In this document: positions 9,120 to 19,723 of the stretch, one piece after another | Position numbering within the stretch: position 1 is the stretch's first letter | Layout of the letters: each line of letters begins with the position of its first letter | Assembly: GCA_965216325.1 (NCBI GenBank) | Contig: OZ244160.1 | Span: forward strand, 416,001-480,000 | Direction of reading: 5' to 3' | Origin: Coraliomargarita sp. | Lineage (GTDB): Bacteria > Verrucomicrobiota > Verrucomicrobiia > Opitutales > Coraliomargaritaceae | DNA length: 64,000 nucleotides | Made by a program: the position numbers and the translations under genes | Notes under the pieces: generated by a model | Seen by the model: the letters and a program-made list of their open reading frames with translations, nothing else | Told to the model about the DNA's origin: nothing | The model's database searches: none

Positions 9120-11852
9120 ATGAATATGAAAACGAAAACTGTAATGATGGCGCTTATGTCCGTGCTATTGTGCGGCCTCGCCCAAGCTGAGAATAAACCC
9201 AATGATCAGGAACTGAAGCTATGGTATGACAAGCCCGCGGTGAAATGGGAACAAGAGGCCTTGCCATTGGGCAATGGTCGTATTGGTGTCATGTTTTTTG
9301 GAGGGGTAGAAAGCGAACAATTCACCATGAATGAAAAGAGTCTCTGGTCGGGCGGCCCGGGATCCATGGAAAATTATCATTACGGCAATACTGCGGGCCC
9401 CGGGGGGCATGTTGCCAGTCTTGAAGCGGTGCGCAAAAAAATAAACGCCAAAGACTGGAATGGTGCCAAGCATGGTATGCGCGCACTGCGAGGAACCGAA
9501 CAAAATATGGGTGCGTACCAGACCCTGGGAAACTTTTACCTCGATTTTGGAGGGAGAAGAGGGACTACGCAAGTGACCACCAGTTCCGAAAATGCTCCAA
9601 GGGAGACTGGCGCCATGTTGTTGGATAAGAATGCAAATACAAAATGGTTTACCGGAGCTGAGAACAACGCCCCTTTTTGGGTGCAGGTTAGTTTGACTGA
9701 GGCCCGAGCCTTGCCGGAGTATTCGTTTACATCCGCGAACGACTCGCCAGACCGGGATCCAGCGAACTGGACAGTAAAAGCATCGAATGATGGCAAGAGC
9801 TGGACTGTTATTGATACCAGGTCTGGAATCGATTTTCCTCGCAGGAAGCAGAAGCTGTCATTCACGACCTCGAGTAAGAAAGCTTATGTGCACTATCGGT
9901 TTGAGATGGAGAATAACAAAGGCACTGAGATGCAGTTGGCTGATATTGGTGGCTTTAAATCGGATGATAGCAGTAAAGATGGGATAAGTCATTACCGCAG
10001 AGAACTTGATATTGCAGAAGGTACAGGTCATGTGACCTATACTAAGAACGGCATCAACTACAGCCGTGAATATTTTGTCAGCTATCCTGACAATGTTTTC
10101 GTGATCCATTTGAAAGCGGATAAGCCTGGCTCTATTTCCTTTAAAACCCGTTTTGACTTTGCTCACAAGGTAAGCTCTTCAGTCAACGAGGGTGTGGTCA
10201 CATCTTCAGGCTCCTTAAAGAACAAGCTCCAGCATGAGACTCAATATAAAGTGATTGCCAACGGAGGTACAACGAAGGATCACGGCGCGGGTATTGAGGT
10301 CTCAGGAGCTGATTCTGCAACAATTATTCTGACCGCAGGGACCTCTTACGTTGATGTCTACCCAGATTATCAGGGGGAGCATCCACATGATAGAGTGACA
10401 AAGACTCTAGCCGCTGCCACAGCAAAAGGTCGCCAATTGCTCAAAGCAACGCACCAGAAAGACTACAAGGCATTGTTTGATCGCGTTCGTCTGAATCTCG
10501 ATCAAAAACCCCAATCCAAACCAACGAATGAGCAGAGAGCATCCTATAATGGGGATAATCGCGCCCTTGAAAGGTTGTTCTTCCAGTACGGTCGATACCT
10601 GCTGATCAGCTCATCCCGTAAAGGGACGCTGCCTGCCAATTTGCAGGGTATCTGGAACAATAGTAACAATCCCCCTTGGACTTCAGGCTACTGGTACAAC
10701 ATCAACCTTCAGATGAATTATTGGCCAGCTGAGATGACGAACTTAGGTGAATGTCATCTGCCGCTTTTTGATTTCATGAACGCTCAACTGGTACCTGGCA
10801 GAAAAACAGCGGCTCAGTTTGGTGCCAGAGGATTTATCGCGGGGCATGGACAGAGTGTTTGGGGTAAGACAGGGCTGAGTGATTATTTTAATGCCTTCTG
10901 GGCACCTGCAGGCGCGGCGTGGAATTGTCAGCATATCTGGCAGCATTACACCTTCAACCAAGACAAGAAATTCCTGAAGGAGCTAGGCTATCCGATCATG
11001 AAAGAGGCCTGCCTTTTCTGGGTCGATTTTCTGGTCACCGATCCGCGGGATGGCAAACTCGTTTCCTCGCCTTCATTTTCACCTGAACACGGTAGGCACA
11101 GCGCCGGGGCCAGTATGGACCAGCAAATTGTATTGGAACTGTTTGAAAACACCATTGCAGCAACCGAGGTGTTAGGGGTGGATGCCGCCTTTCGGGATAC
11201 TCTGAAAGCGAAGCTGGCTAAACTGGATCCCGGACTGCGGATCGGCCATTGGGGGCAATTGCAGGAGTGGAAAGAAGATTGGGATGGCCGAGGTAATAAA
11301 CATAGACACGTTTCGCATTTATTCGCATTACATCCTGGCAGACAGATTTCTCCAGCGCTGACACCTAAATATGCAGAGGCGGCAAGAATATCTCTCAACG
11401 CTCGTGGAGATGGCGGAACAGGCTGGAGTAAAGCTTGGAAAATTAATTTCTGGGCCCGCTTGGCCGATGGCGACAGGTCACACAGGCTCCTCTCAGAACT
11501 GATGAAGCATAGTGTGATGGCCAATTTGTTTGACACACACCCGCCATTTCAAATTGACGGAAACTTCGGTGCGACCTCAGGCATAACAGAAATGCTTCTC
11601 CAATCACACATGGGTGAGGTGCACATGCTTCCAGCTTTACCTTCCAAATGGTCCAAAGGCAGTGTGAAGGGCTTGAAAGCTCAGGGCAATTTTGAAGTGG
11701 ATATAGCATGGGATGAGGGGAAGTTGACTTCTGCGACGGTAAGATCTCTTTCCGGTCTGAAACCCTTGCTGCGAATTTCTGGTACTGCCGTTGCCCTTGA
11801 TGACCCAAGGTTAACTGTTACTGGGATCACAAAGGATTTCAGTACCAATTGA
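9120..11852 (+). CDS. GH95 alpha-L-fucosidase with an inserted F5/8 type C (CBM32-like) domain
   Basis: [60 protein letters not shown]; insert NTKWF...[13 protein letters not shown]. Confidence 0.93.
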   Translation: MNMKTKTVMMALMSVLLCGLAQAENKPNDQELKLWYDKPAVKWEQEALPLGNGRIGVMFFGGVESEQFTMNEKSLWSGGPGSMENYHYGNTAGPGGHVASLEAVRKKINAKDWNGAKHGMRALRGTEQNMGAYQTLGNFYLDFGGRRGTTQVTTSSENAPRETGAMLLDKNANTKWFTGAENNAPFWVQVSLTEARALPEYSFTSANDSPDRDPANWTVKASNDGKSWTVIDTRSGIDFPRRKQKLSFTTSSKKAYVHYRFEMENNKGTEMQLADIGGFKSDDSSKDGISHYRRELDIAEGTGHVTYTKNGINYSREYFVSYPDNVFVIHLKADKPGSISFKTRFDFAHKVSSSVNEGVVTSSGSLKNKLQHETQYKVIANGGTTKDHGAGIEVSGADSATIILTAGTSYVDVYPDYQGEHPHDRVTKTLAAATAKGRQLLKATHQKDYKALFDRVRLNLDQKPQSKPTNEQRASYNGDNRALERLFFQYGRYLLISSSRKGTLPANLQGIWNNSNNPPWTSGYWYNINLQMNYWPAEMTNLGECHLPLFDFMNAQLVPGRKTAAQFGARGFIAGHGQSVWGKTGLSDYFNAFWAPAGAAWNCQHIWQHYTFNQDKKFLKELGYPIMKEACLFWVDFLVTDPRDGKLVSSPSFSPEHGRHSAGASMDQQIVLELFENTIAATEVLGVDAAFRDTLKAKLAKLDPGLRIGHWGQLQEWKEDWDGRGNKHRHVSHLFALHPGRQISPALTPKYAEAARISLNARGDGGTGWSKAWKINFWARLADGDRSHRLLSELMKHSVMANLFDTHPPFQIDGNFGATSGITEMLLQSHMGEVHMLPALPSKWSKGSVKGLKAQGNFEVDIAWDEGKLTSATVRSLSGLKPLLRISGTAVALDDPRLTVTGITKDFSTN

Positions 11853-11878
11853 GAAAAATTCAAAAAAGGTGATACTCC

Positions 11879-12175
11879 ATGATTACCCAAAAAAGAAAAA
11901 CCATTCTAACGTTAGCTGCCCTGGCCTTTGCCGGTCAATTGTCAGCCGCGGAAACTGCCGGCACTTCTCCTAACGTTATCGTCATTTTCACCGATGATAT
12001 GGGCTATGCCGATGCGGGTTGCTACGGCGCGCAAGATATCAATCCCCCCAACTTCGACGGCCGCGTCAGCTGGATCAAAGATTTAAACAGGGAAGTGAGT
12101 GCTTTCCCGACTTCAACACTCGACTGGAACGGACTCGATCGCGCCTGGCGTAAACTCAAAGAACTGGAGAACTGA
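11879..12175 (+). pseudogene. Truncated sulfatase N-terminus fused to an unrelated tail
   Basis: Signal peptide plus [15 protein letters not shown]...INPPNFD, then unrelated sequence; no CxPxR motif. Confidence 0.75.
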
Positions 12176-12176
12176 A

Positions 12177-14951
12177 ATGAATAAAATCTTTAGCCTCATC
12201 CTTCTGCTGGCAATGCCTCTCACTGCCGCAGACTACTATGTCTCACCGCAGGGCAGCGACAGCGGCACCGGCAGTGCCGAAAACCCCTTCAAAAGTATTG
12301 CCAAAGCCAAGGAAGCCGCGCGCGGCGGCGGAGCCGATACGATCATCCTCAAAGGCGGCATACACTATCTGCCAGAAACCCTGGTTCTCGAAAGTGCCGA
12401 TTCCAATCTTCACATCAAGGCCGCCGACGGCGAAGAGCCCGTTATCAGCGGCGGACTCAGCCTGGATCTGACATGGCAGCCGTGGAAAGACGGAATTTTC
12501 ATGGCAAACACTCCGGCAGGCCTCGATATCGATCAGTTTTTCTGCAACGGCAAGCGCCAGCACATGGCCCGCTACCCCGATTACGATGCCAATGCCTTCC
12601 CCTATAACGGGGCCGCGGCCGATGCCTTCAGTCCGCAGCGGGCGGCTCGCTGGAAATCTCCGGCCGGCGGCTTCATCCACGCCATGCACCGGGCCCGCTG
12701 GGGCGGCTACCACTACCGCATCACAGGTAAAGACAGTCAGCACAAAGTCAAATATGAAGGCGGCTGGCAGAACAACCGCCAGATGGGCATGCACGGGGCG
12801 CATCGTTTTGTCGAAAACATCTTTGAAGAGCTCAATGCCCCCGGCGAGTGGTTTCACGACAAGACCGCCGCCAAGATCTATTTCAAGCCGCCGGCCGGGA
12901 CTGATCTCAACAGTGCCACATTTGAAATTGCCCGTCTGGCTCACCTCGTTGAATTGCGCGGCACCCAGCAGCTGCCGGTCAAGAATATCACTTTCAGCGG
13001 CATCACTTTCCGCCACGCCGCCCGTACCTTCATGGACTCCAAAGAGCCTTTACTGCGCAGCGACTGGACAATTTACCGAGGCGGCGCCTTTTTTCTCACG
13101 GGGACGGAGGACTGTCTGATTGACAAGTGCGAATTCGATCAGCTCGGCGGCAATGTCATCTTCGCCAGCAACTACAACCGCCGCCTCACTATCCGCGGCT
13201 GCCACATCCACGGCGCCGGCGCCAGCGCCATCTGCTTTGTCGGCGACCCAGCCGCCGTCCGCAATCCGCTTTTCGAGTATCACCAGAGGCAGGAATACAG
13301 CGATATCGATCGGACTCCCGGCCCCAAAACCGACAACTACCCGGCTGACTCACTGGTGCAAGATTGCCTGATTCACGACATCGGCATTGTTGAAAAGCAG
13401 GCCGCCGGAGTCCAGGTCTCGATGGCGGCACGGATCACCATCCGCCACTGTTCAATCTACGATGTCGGCCGCGCCGGCATCAACTTCAGTGAAGGGACCT
13501 TCGGCGGTCACATCATCGAATTCTGTGATGTTTTCGACACAGTTCGCGAGACCCATGACCACGGCAGCTTCAACAGCTGGGGGCGCGACCGTTTCTGGCA
13601 CCTCAAGGGGGCTCCGGCAGAGGAGCTGCCGCAACTGGCACTGCTCGACTGCGAAAAAAATATCATCCGCAACAGCCGCTGGCGCTGTGATCACGGCTGG
13701 GATGTCGATCTCGACGACGGCTCCTCAAATTATGACATCTACAACAACCTCTTTCTCAAGGGTGGCCTAAAATTGCGCGAAGGATTCAAGCGCCGCGTCT
13801 GGAACAACATCGCCCTCAATAATACCCTGCACCCGCACGTCTGGTACAAAAACTCCGGAGACATCATCGAGAAAAACATCTGGATGCGCCCCTACGCCTC
13901 AATCCAAGCCACCATGACGCCGTTGGTCGATAAGAACTTCTTCACCAGTGAGAGTGACATGAAAAAATTTCAACATCAGGGTGCGGACCGGAATTCCGCC
14001 TTCGGCGATCCGCTGTTCATCGACCCGGCCAATGGCGACTTCCGCGTCAGAGAAAACTCCCCGGCCTTGAAAACCGGCTTCAAAAACTTCCCGATGGATC
14101 AGTTCGGCGTCAGCAGCCCCCGCCTCAAAGCTCTGGCGCGCACTCCGGAAATCCCCCCGCTCAATCTCAGTGCAGACAAAACAGACAAAGCGCCCCTCCG
14201 AAAAATGCCCTTTTACTGGCAGGGTGCCCGACTCGAAGAACTCAAGGGCGAAGCCTACTCGGCCTTCGGCGTTAGTAAAGAGGCGGGCGGTCTACAAATC
14301 ATCGCTCTCAGCGAACACTCTCCCGCCGCTGCAGCCGGCCTTAAAGAAGGCGACCTCATTCTCAAAATCAATGAGCAAAATATCAAAAAGCTGACAGACC
14401 TGCGCCAGGTCATCGGCGCTCAATTTCAAATCGCTTACGTCCGCGATCAGGCGAACCACAAACTTGAGTTCAAAGGGATGAGCATCAGCGTTGCAACCGA
14501 CGATCAGGCTCCTGTACTCAATAGCCGCAGCGAAATTGCCGCTTTCACAGCTGTTCCGGCAACATCGAATCAGCCGCTGAGTTCACTCAAAGACGGAAAA
14601 ATTCAAGAAAATTACGGCCCGATTTTTGCCAATGGCGTCAACAACGGCCTCTACATCGCCTCCTTCAAAGAGGAAAAGAGCATCCGCCGGATAAGCAGCA
14701 GCTCATTCAACATGGGAGGCAGTCGCGGGGCTCAGTTTTACACACTTTACGCAGCTGCCGGTCCGGAAAAACCGCGGTCGCTGAAAAACCTCATCGCGCT
14801 CTGCACTGTCGACAGCCGTGCTCAAAACGGCAAATTCACGCAGACTGTTGTTGAGTTAGCGACGGCAGTCAAAGCCCGTCATCTCGTCTGGGCCGTTCAT
14901 GCTCCCAACGGCCACGAGAATAGTGCTTATCAGGAATTCAGCGCCGAGTGA
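12177..14951 (+). CDS. GH141-like right-handed beta-helix glycoside hydrolase with PDZ and C-terminal beta-sandwich module
   Basis: YYVSPQGSDS...ENPFKSI, NGKRQHMARYP, FVENIFEELNAPGEWF, DLDDGSSN; PDZ-like SPAAAAGLKEGDLILKIN; signal peptide from ATG 12177. Confidence 0.8.
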   Translation: MNKIFSLILLLAMPLTAADYYVSPQGSDSGTGSAENPFKSIAKAKEAARGGGADTIILKGGIHYLPETLVLESADSNLHIKAADGEEPVISGGLSLDLTWQPWKDGIFMANTPAGLDIDQFFCNGKRQHMARYPDYDANAFPYNGAAADAFSPQRAARWKSPAGGFIHAMHRARWGGYHYRITGKDSQHKVKYEGGWQNNRQMGMHGAHRFVENIFEELNAPGEWFHDKTAAKIYFKPPAGTDLNSATFEIARLAHLVELRGTQQLPVKNITFSGITFRHAARTFMDSKEPLLRSDWTIYRGGAFFLTGTEDCLIDKCEFDQLGGNVIFASNYNRRLTIRGCHIHGAGASAICFVGDPAAVRNPLFEYHQRQEYSDIDRTPGPKTDNYPADSLVQDCLIHDIGIVEKQAAGVQVSMAARITIRHCSIYDVGRAGINFSEGTFGGHIIEFCDVFDTVRETHDHGSFNSWGRDRFWHLKGAPAEELPQLALLDCEKNIIRNSRWRCDHGWDVDLDDGSSNYDIYNNLFLKGGLKLREGFKRRVWNNIALNNTLHPHVWYKNSGDIIEKNIWMRPYASIQATMTPLVDKNFFTSESDMKKFQHQGADRNSAFGDPLFIDPANGDFRVRENSPALKTGFKNFPMDQFGVSSPRLKALARTPEIPPLNLSADKTDKAPLRKMPFYWQGARLEELKGEAYSAFGVSKEAGGLQIIALSEHSPAAAAGLKEGDLILKINEQNIKKLTDLRQVIGAQFQIAYVRDQANHKLEFKGMSISVATDDQAPVLNSRSEIAAFTAVPATSNQPLSSLKDGKIQENYGPIFANGVNNGLYIASFKEEKSIRRISSSSFNMGGSRGAQFYTLYAAAGPEKPRSLKNLIALCTVDSRAQNGKFTQTVVELATAVKARHLVWAVHAPNGHENSAYQEFSAE

Positions 14952-15102
14952 CAGCAGTCACCCTGAATCTTTACAATCCCACATCCTTTGATGCTGAGGT
15001 AAAGGTTCTGGTTGAATCGGATCGCATTGCGAAAGATCCCATTGCGATTGCAGTCAGCGCAAATGACCAAATTTTTGTTAAACAAACAACAGGGAACACA
15101 AA

Positions 15103-17142
15103 ATGATAAAAACACTCATATTCACAGTAATTGCCCTGACCATGACAGGTTAGTTGTCAGCCGCCGAAACAGCTACCAAAAAAACAAACGTGATGTTCAT
15201 CTTTGCCGATGATCAGACCTATGAGTCGATCGGTGCGTACGGAGAATTGAATATAAAAACTCCGAATCTTGACCGTTTGGTGAAACGTGGGGTGTCGTTT
15301 ACCCATACCTATAATATGGGGTCTTGGAAAGGAGCAGTATGTGTTGCCAGCCGGGCCATGCTCAACTCGGGCCGCTTTGTTAACCGGGCCGAGAAAGGTG
15401 TCAAACAGTACCCGCACTGGTCTCAAATCATGAATAGCGCCGGCTATACCACGTACATGACAGGTAAATGGCACGTACACGCTAACCCGCGTTTTGACGT
15501 AAAGAAGGATGTACGTGGTGGTATGCCGAACCAGACACCTGCACGCTACAAGCGTACCTTTAAGCCGGAGCTCTATGAGAGCGAGTGGTTGCCCTGGGAC
15601 AAAAGACAGCAAGGGTTTTGGAGAGGGGGGACCCACTGGACTCAGGTGGTGGCCGATAATACCCTTACGTTCTTTGACAAGGTCAAGAATGATGACAAGC
15701 CCTTCTTCATGTACCTGGCCTTCAATGCTCCGCACGACCCGCGTCAGGCGCCAAAAGAGTATGTGGATATGTACCCGCTTGATTCTATCAAAATCCCGGA
15801 GAACTATATGCCTGAGTACCCGTATGCAGCAGAGATTTGCGGAAAAAAACTACGAGACGAAGTTCTGGCCCCCTATCCTCGAACGGAGTATGCGGTAAAG
15901 CGCAACCGTCAGGAGTACTATGCATCAATCACCTATATGGATCACCATATCGGGCGCATGCTGGATGCTTTGGAAGCGAGTGGAAAAGCGGACAACACCT
16001 ACATTATCTTTACTGCGGACCACGGTCTGGCGGTAGGCCATCACGGTTTGATGGGCAAACAGAGTATGTATGAACACTCGATGCGTCCTCCCTTTATTAT
16101 TGTCGGACCGGGAATCAAGCCAAATTCCAAAATTGATACGCCAATCTACCTTCAGGATGCGATGGCTACAGCAATTGAGATTGCTGGTGTCGAAAAACCG
16201 GACCATGTGGAGTTCAAAAGTTTGATGCCCTTGATCAGGGGAGAGAAGACGGTTCAGTACGACCGTATTTACGGCAAGTATATGGATACACAGCGTATGA
16301 TTCTGAAGGATAACTGGAAACTGATCTTCTATCCGAATGCGGCAAAAAAAATGCGCCTGTTCAACATTAAGAACGATCCGGCAGAGATGAATGATTTAAT
16401 CGATAATCCTGAGTACGCCACAAAGATTAATGAGTTAAAGAGAGAATTTGTTGAACTTCAGAAAGAGATGGGAGATCCACTCGATGTTGATAAGCCCGGT
16501 AAACTGGTTACTTGGGAGTCACAAAACAAAGGATCCGCTGACAAATTGACGAGCCATTGGGCTGCAAATAAAGGGCATCATGGTCCGGCTAGTCACCCAA
16601 AGGTAAAGCCTTTCATCATCGAAGGAGCCTCGATAAGCATCGAAGCATCGTCAAAAAGAGACGGATTTAAGAAAATCTCAGCCCCAAGGGCATCTGAATA
16701 TCAGGTGCACTCAAATCAGCCAACGAACAATGACCCCGTTGCGACTTTGACCGATGGTAAGCTTAGTGATGTCTTCGGTCCCATTTTTGGCAATGGCATC
16801 CACAATGGAGCTTACAAAATGGATCTTGGCACGGTTAAAGAAGTGTCTGCTATTACGAGTTGGTCGGCGAATAAAAAGAATGTTCGCGGCGCACAAAAAT
16901 TAGTGATCTATGCGAGTCGCTCGGAGACCGACCCCGGTTGGGATCTAAGCAAGTACAGCATATTGGGAACCATCGATACAGGTAAGGCGAAAGAGAACTT
17001 CGTCGCTGCATCTTTGCGGGCATCCGCTAAGCAATCTCTCGGAAGCTACCGCTGGATTGTGTGGGCCGTATCCCCTGTCACCACAGCGGGTGGCGGTGAA
17101 AATACCGCGTTTCAAGAATTCTCGGTTGAAACCGTAAAATAA
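15103..17142 (+). CDS. S1 sulfatase (choline-sulfatase-like) with C-terminal module; in-frame TAG in the signal peptide at 15151-15153
   Basis: NVMFIFADD, CVASR, GKWH, APHDP, ADHG. ATG 15103 is in frame: MIKTLIFTVIALTMTG*LSAAETA. Confidence 0.85.
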
Positions 17143-17428
17143 GCGGCAGCCTACTACAGTTCACCGACTCGAGTGATTCACTGCTATTTTTGGCAACTTT
17201 CACGCTCGCACCCCCGCCTGAACACGGCCGATTGGCCGTATTGCCAGTCTGTTTCTGGTCCTTTAAACTGCATGCAGTTTCAGCTAATAGTCTCTGATTT
17301 AACAGGCTCAGCACCACCACTTGTTGCACCTAAATTATCATAATAATGAAAAGAATATCCAAATTATTTCCGGTCGTTGCCCTTTTTACCGGCCTTAGCC
17401 TCTGCACGACGCATGCCGTCGATGTGAT
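16592..17428 (+). repeat. Direct repeat, copy 1 (C-terminal module, intergenic region, operator/promoter, signal peptide); copy 2 at 18982-19806
   Basis: Near-identical DNA from GTCACCCAAAGGTAAAG to GCCGTCGATGTGAT; 12-bp indel near 17311. Confidence 0.95.
17222..17269 (+). promoter_or_regulatory. Palindromic operator 2 plus promoter
   Basis: ACACGGCCGATTGGCCGTAT at 17222-17241; -35 TTGCCA, 17 bp, -10 TAAACT. Confidence 0.8.
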
Positions 17429-19532
17429 CGTTCAATCGAAAGTGGCCGAATCGGTAACGCCGGAGAATGCCTTGCCCGTGTACGACGGCAGTTGGGAAGC
17501 ACTGCAAGAGATGCCGGTTCCCGCGTGGTTTGATGACGGTAAGATCGGGATCTTCATTCACTGGGGGCCTTATAGTGTGATTGGCTACCACAAGAACGGA
17601 CGCGGCTATGCCGAACATATACCCAAGATGATTTACAGGGATAAGCATAATTACTACGGCTATATGAAAAAGCGCTGGGGCAGTAAGCCTCCAGAATTCG
17701 GATACAAGGACATTATTCCCGAGTTCAAGGCCGAAAAATGGGATCCCGACGCGTGGGCTAAACTGTTCAAGGATGTCGGCGCTAAATATGTGGTACTGAC
17801 GGCAGAGCACCATGACGGCTGGGCCAACTGGGATTCCGACCTTACCCCGTGGAATGCCGTCGATAGAGGTCCGAAACGGGACATTGTCGGCGACCTGGGC
17901 GAAGCGGTGAAAAAACTGGGACTCAAATATGCGCCTTCTTATCACCGTGAGCGGCACCAGACTTTCTTTGCGAAGAAATCTTATATGGTGCATGCGGAGC
18001 CTGATCCGGATATTGCGGAGGAAATAAGGCGCGTGCCAGAAGCAGCCTCCCTCTATGGCCCTTTTGGCGTAACGAAAGCGTTTGTCGATGACTACGTGGC
18101 GCGTTGGAAGGAAATTCAGGAGAAATACCATCCCGACTTTCTGTGGATGGATGACTTCCCGATCTATACCCGTGATGGCAACAATGTGCGAGCAGGAGTC
18201 GCTAGACCGGAGGTCAAATATTTCGACGACCAGGTCCGAGGCATGATCACCGACTTTATGAACCACGGCGCTGCGCGCGGACAGGCGGTCTACGTAAATA
18301 ACAAGGGTGCCAACCGCAACTGGCCAGATGGGGTCGGGTGTCTCGAGAAGGACAACCTGAAGCTCAGGGTGATCGGTCCAAAGTGGCAAAGCTGCACCAC
18401 CTTCGGCACCTCTTTTGGCTACCTCGAAAATGATCACTATAAATCTATCGAAAACATTATCCACGAGATGATCGAGGTCATCAGTCGCAACGGAAACTTC
18501 CTGGTCAACATCGGGCCGAAAGCCGATGGGACGATTCCGGAGCCGCAGATGGAGCGTTTGCGCGCCATGGGCGAGTGGTTAAAAATCAATGCAGCTGCTA
18601 TTTATGGTAGTCGTTACTGGAAAGTCAGTGGTCAGAAGCGTGAGCATATCGCCTTCACCACCAACGGAAAGAAGCTCTACGCCATCAAGATGGCCCGGCC
18701 GACGACGCCCTTTGTGATTCAGGCCACCGCCGGTTGGGAAGCTGGCAAGATTGATTCGGTGAAGCTGCTGGGCTCCGACGCGGACATACCTTGGGAGATG
18801 ACCGCGGCCGGGCTGAAGATCACGCCGCCCGCAGACTTGGGCACGAGCATGTACGCATGGTCTTTTGAGATCATGACTGACGAGGAGCAGCACACGCCCA
18901 ACGTGATCGTCAAGAACGCTGCGATAGCCCTGAAGGGAACGAAGCAGGTCGACCTTGACGGGTATCATCATGGCCCGATTCGTCACCCAAAGGTAAAGCC
19001 TTTCATCATCGAAGGAGCCTCGATAAGTATCGAAGCATCGTCAAAAAGAGATGGATTTAAGACAATATCAGCCCCAAAGGCATCTGACTATCAGGTGTAC
19101 TCAAATCAGCCAACGAACAATGACCCCGTTGCGACTTTGACTGATGGTAAGCTTAGTGATGCCTTCGGTCCCATTTTTGGCAATGGCATCCACAATGGAG
19201 CATACAAAATGGATCTTGGCACGGTTAAAGAAGTGTCTGCTATTACGAGTTGGTCGGCGAATAAAAAGAATGTTCGCGGCGCACAAAAATTAGTGATCTA
19301 TGCGAGTCGCTCGGAGACCGACCCCGGTTGGGATCTAAGCAAATACACCGTATTGGGAACCATCGATACAGGTAAGGCGAAAGAGAACTTCGTCGCTGCA
19401 TCCTTGCGGGCATCCGCTAAGCAATCTCTCGGAAGCTACCGCTGGATTGTGTGGGCCGTATCCCCTGTCACCACAGCGGGTGGCGGAGAAAATACCGCGT
19501 TTCAAGAATTCTCGGTTGAAACCGTAAAATAA
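17346..19532 (+). CDS. GH29 alpha-L-fucosidase with the shared C-terminal module
   Basis: PAWFDDGKIGIFIHWG, TAEHHDG, PDFLWMD, NGNFLVNIGPKADGTIP. Confidence 0.92.
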   Translation: MKRISKLFPVVALFTGLSLCTTHAVDVIVQSKVAESVTPENALPVYDGSWEALQEMPVPAWFDDGKIGIFIHWGPYSVIGYHKNGRGYAEHIPKMIYRDKHNYYGYMKKRWGSKPPEFGYKDIIPEFKAEKWDPDAWAKLFKDVGAKYVVLTAEHHDGWANWDSDLTPWNAVDRGPKRDIVGDLGEAVKKLGLKYAPSYHRERHQTFFAKKSYMVHAEPDPDIAEEIRRVPEAASLYGPFGVTKAFVDDYVARWKEIQEKYHPDFLWMDDFPIYTRDGNNVRAGVARPEVKYFDDQVRGMITDFMNHGAARGQAVYVNNKGANRNWPDGVGCLEKDNLKLRVIGPKWQSCTTFGTSFGYLENDHYKSIENIIHEMIEVISRNGNFLVNIGPKADGTIPEPQMERLRAMGEWLKINAAAIYGSRYWKVSGQKREHIAFTTNGKKLYAIKMARPTTPFVIQATAGWEAGKIDSVKLLGSDADIPWEMTAAGLKITPPADLGTSMYAWSFEIMTDEEQHTPNVIVKNAAIALKGTKQVDLDGYHHGPIRHPKVKPFIIEGASISIEASSKRDGFKTISAPKASDYQVYSNQPTNNDPVATLTDGKLSDAFGPIFGNGIHNGAYKMDLGTVKEVSAITSWSANKKNVRGAQKLVIYASRSETDPGWDLSKYTVLGTIDTGKAKENFVAASLRASAKQSLGSYRWIVWAVSPVTTAGGGENTAFQEFSVETVK

Positions 19533-19611
19533 GCGGCAGCCTACTACAGTTCACCGACTCGAGTGATTCACTGCTATTTTTGGCAACTTTAGCGCTCGCA
19601 CCCCCGCCTGA

Positions 19612-19659
19612 ACACGGCCGATTGGCCGTGTTGCCAGACTGTTTCTGGTCCTTTATACT
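19612..19659 (+). promoter_or_regulatory. Palindromic operator 3 plus promoter
   Basis: ACACGGCCGATTGGCCGTGT at 19612-19631; -35 TTGCCA, 17 bp, -10 TATACT. Confidence 0.82.
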
Positions 19660-19723
19660 GCAGGCAGTTTCAGCTAATTGCCTCTGATTTAACAGGCTCA
19701 GTTGCACCTAAATTATCATAATA

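Noticed and set aside
15151..15153. Pyrrolysine or recoded TAG
   Set aside because: TAG is used as a normal stop elsewhere (e.g. 24268, 43525), and the site is a Gln position in a signal peptide.
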